A DNA stretch of 58,933 nt from Caldisericia bacterium. GTDB taxonomy: Bacteria; Caldisericota; Caldisericia; UBA6126. The stretch spans positions 1 to 58,933 of the forward strand of contig DAOSES010000015.1 of NCBI GenBank assembly GCA_035363255.1, in the 5' to 3' direction. The stretch's first letter is position 1. Every line of letters begins with the position of its first letter. Below the pieces are notes generated by a model that saw only the letters and a program-made list of their open reading frames with translations, did no database searches and had not been told where the DNA came from. Made by a program: the position numbers and the translations under genes. Below, piece by piece: positions 56,839 through 58,933 of this stretch.

Positions 56839-58662
56839 TTACGTCATTTTTGAAGTACAAGACTGATTTATTTTATCATACATCTCCATGATGATGTTTG
56901 CGATATCTTCTTTACACTTTATTGTTGTGTTTAATAAATGAAAATCAGAACGTTGTCTCAACCAACTTAACTGACGCTTTGCATATCTACGTGTGTTTTG
57001 ATTCATCATCTCTATTGCTTCTTTTAATGGTACTTTTTCTTGCTTTGCATTAATCAACTCACGGTACCCATGAGCCTTAATTCTCTCGATAGAGGAAACA
57101 TAGTTGTGTTGAATCAACCAATCAATTTCGTTCAACAAACCTTTGCTTAGCATGCCTTCAGTGCGCAGATGTATGCGTTGATATAATTGTTCCAAGTTTT
57201 GTATCAAACCAATTTTGATGTAAAAATAGGGCAAAGCTGTGCTTTCTTTTTTTTGCAGGTCGCTCATTTTCTTTTTACTTAAAATAATTACCTCAAGAGC
57301 TCTTATGATCCTTTTTTCATCGTTTGGATGGATCTTCTGTGCGATTTCTGGATCCAAAAGAGCTAGCTCTTGATGGAGCTGCAGCAAACTTTCTTTTTTG
57401 ACTCTTTCTCTAAGTTGATTTCTTAGCAAAGGATCTGAAGTATTTTCTTGATCAAACAAACCATCAATGATTGAGCTTAAATATAGATTACTACCTCCAG
57501 CTAAAATGGGGAAACTACCACGATTCAAGATATCTTTTATGGCTTTTATTGCATCTTTACGAAATGACGCAACCGAGTACTCATCTTTTGGGTCAACGTA
57601 ATCCACAAGATGATACATGGGATAGCTTTTGCATTCAGGTTTAGCAGTACCTATGGTTAAATGCTGGTAGATTTGCATGGAATCAACATTGATAATCTCA
57701 GCATTTCTTGTTTGAGCAATTATCTCGGCTATGGAAGATTTACCAATCGAAGTAGGTCCATATATAACTAGCAATGGAAAAGAATCTGGAGTAGTTTTAT
57801 CTCTAACTTTCACTATTCTTCGTACCGTCTCATCGATTATATAGGTGGGTGATGAAGTTCCAGAAAGAATAGCGATGCTTTTCGCTTTTTCGAGTGCGCT
57901 TGATAATGCTTCACTAAAAGGATGCTTTTCGTCGCTTTGAATAAGGAAAGTATTGGAGTTACATGGTTTAGCAAGTTCAAACAAACTATAGGTGTTTGAG
58001 CTTTTTGCGTCACCAACCACAAAAACACAATCACTTATTTTTGCAAACTCAAGAGCATCATTCTGGCGTTTAATGACTGTGGGGCAAATAGTTTCATATA
58101 TGTTTAGTTGATCAAGATTTAGCGATTGAAGATAGTTTTTGATTTGATGGAACACTATACTGCTTGCGGTAGTCTGGGAAAGAAAGGCAATATTCCCCTT
58201 TGGAAGTTCGAAATGGTGAACTTGCTCTAAGTTTTCAACAATAGTCACTTTGGAAGAATCAATATAGCTTACTGCGCCAACGATTTCTGGATGGTTTTTT
58301 TTTCCCAGGAGCAGTATGCATTGGTGGTTTTTAGCAACATTCATAAGGAGTTTTCTAAGTTTTATGACTACAGGACAAGTACGATCAATAATATCAGAGG
58401 TTATTTTCTTCAGTTGTTCTTCTGATTCTTTTGTGATCCCGTGAGCAGGAATAATGACTCTTGTATCGCAAGAAATTTCTTCAAGTGAATACACTGTTCT
58501 GACGCCATTTAGTGCCAATTCGTTTTGAACACGTTCGTTGTGAATCAGTTTTCCAAAAATTACTACTTCTTTGCCTGGTTCGATGCTTGATACGGTAGAC
58601 CAAATTGCATTTCTAACCCCTTCGCACAAACCAATATGCTCATAACAAGTTATTTTATCCAT
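56839..58662 (-). CDS. ispH-miaA: Bifunctional fusion: 4-hydroxy-3-methylbut-2-enyl diphosphate reductase (IspH/LytB) N-terminal half + tRNA dimethylallyltransferase (MiaA) C-terminal half
   Basis: The IspH half carries the three cluster Cys (GLCEGV, TCPVV, ICPTV) plus HN, SQTT and GTSSP motifs over about residues 1-285. The MiaA half has the P-loop GPTSIGKSS and VDSMQIYQHLTIGTAKP over about residues 295-607. Confidence 0.85.
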   Translation of the reverse strand: MDKITCYEHIGLCEGVRNAIWSTVSSIEPGKEVVIFGKLIHNERVQNELALNGVRTVYSLEEISCDTRVIIPAHGITKESEEQLKKITSDIIDRTCPVVIKLRKLLMNVAKNHQCILLLGKKNHPEIVGAVSYIDSSKVTIVENLEQVHHFELPKGNIAFLSQTTASSIVFHQIKNYLQSLNLDQLNIYETICPTVIKRQNDALEFAKISDCVFVVGDAKSSNTYSLFELAKPCNSNTFLIQSDEKHPFSEALSSALEKAKSIAILSGTSSPTYIIDETVRRIVKVRDKTTPDSFPLLVIYGPTSIGKSSIAEIIAQTRNAEIINVDSMQIYQHLTIGTAKPECKSYPMYHLVDYVDPKDEYSVASFRKDAIKAIKDILNRGSFPILAGGSNLYLSSIIDGLFDQENTSDPLLRNQLRERVKKESLLQLHQELALLDPEIAQKIHPNDEKRIIRALEVIILSKKKMSDLQKKESTALPYFYIKIGLIQNLEQLYQRIHLRTEGMLSKGLLNEIDWLIQHNYVSSIERIKAHGYRELINAKQEKVPLKEAIEMMNQNTRRYAKRQLSWLRQRSDFHLLNTTIKCKEDIANIIMEMYDKINQSCTSKMT

Positions 58663-58933
58663 GCCTCCTCTTTCATCCTATAATTATAGCGATTCATTCA
58701 GATTTAAACATGTAGAGTCACTGTTTAAAAAAAAGTTTAAAGGTGAGTTATCAATACCGCTGATCTGGAGTAATCAGCGGCCTATTCTTTGGAGGTTCGT
58801 TTGAACCTTGATAATTTATAAATTCAAATGTTAAAAAAGCAAGTATAGAAATTTAACAAAAAAACAAGCTTAAAATTGCGTGTTGCTTCATTTAAAAACC
58901 TATTCGAACGGTCTTCGATGATTCAGCTAAAAC

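Overview
The window is a low-GC bacterial chromosome segment (roughly 35-38% GC by eye). Its gene content and the 'copper amine oxidase N-terminal'-type surface protein are consistent with an anaerobic Firmicutes-like organism, although no organism can be assigned from the sequence alone. It is densely coded and mostly housekeeping. A long minus-strand block carries a PQQ-repeat lipoprotein, tRNA-Ser, tadA, radC, rsgA, yloV, pmbA/tldD, an FGGY kinase, tRNA-Arg, two amidases, smpB, rluD, lspA, divIVA, oppFD, pepP-like, aspS, hisS, a CDF transporter, a large surface protein, and a umuDC cassette with a divergent HTH-S24 repressor. A long plus-strand block carries mobB-moaA, pyrCKDFE, thyX, a regulatory DRTGG/HATPase module, a multimeric NADH-type [FeFe] hydrogenase locus with duplicated NuoE/NuoF-like subunits, focA, moaC-moeA-mogA-moaDE-moeB and a small membrane protein. 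Two tRNAs, clean rho-independent terminators and a near-consensus sigma70 promoter are visible. The most interesting points are the architecture and sequence variants of the hydrogenase locus, an IspH-MiaA gene fusion, an rsgA whose conserved N-terminal domain lies upstream of any start codon directly behind an in-frame stop, a PAS histidine kinase split at a homopolymer, and a natively truncated UmuD-prime-like protein.
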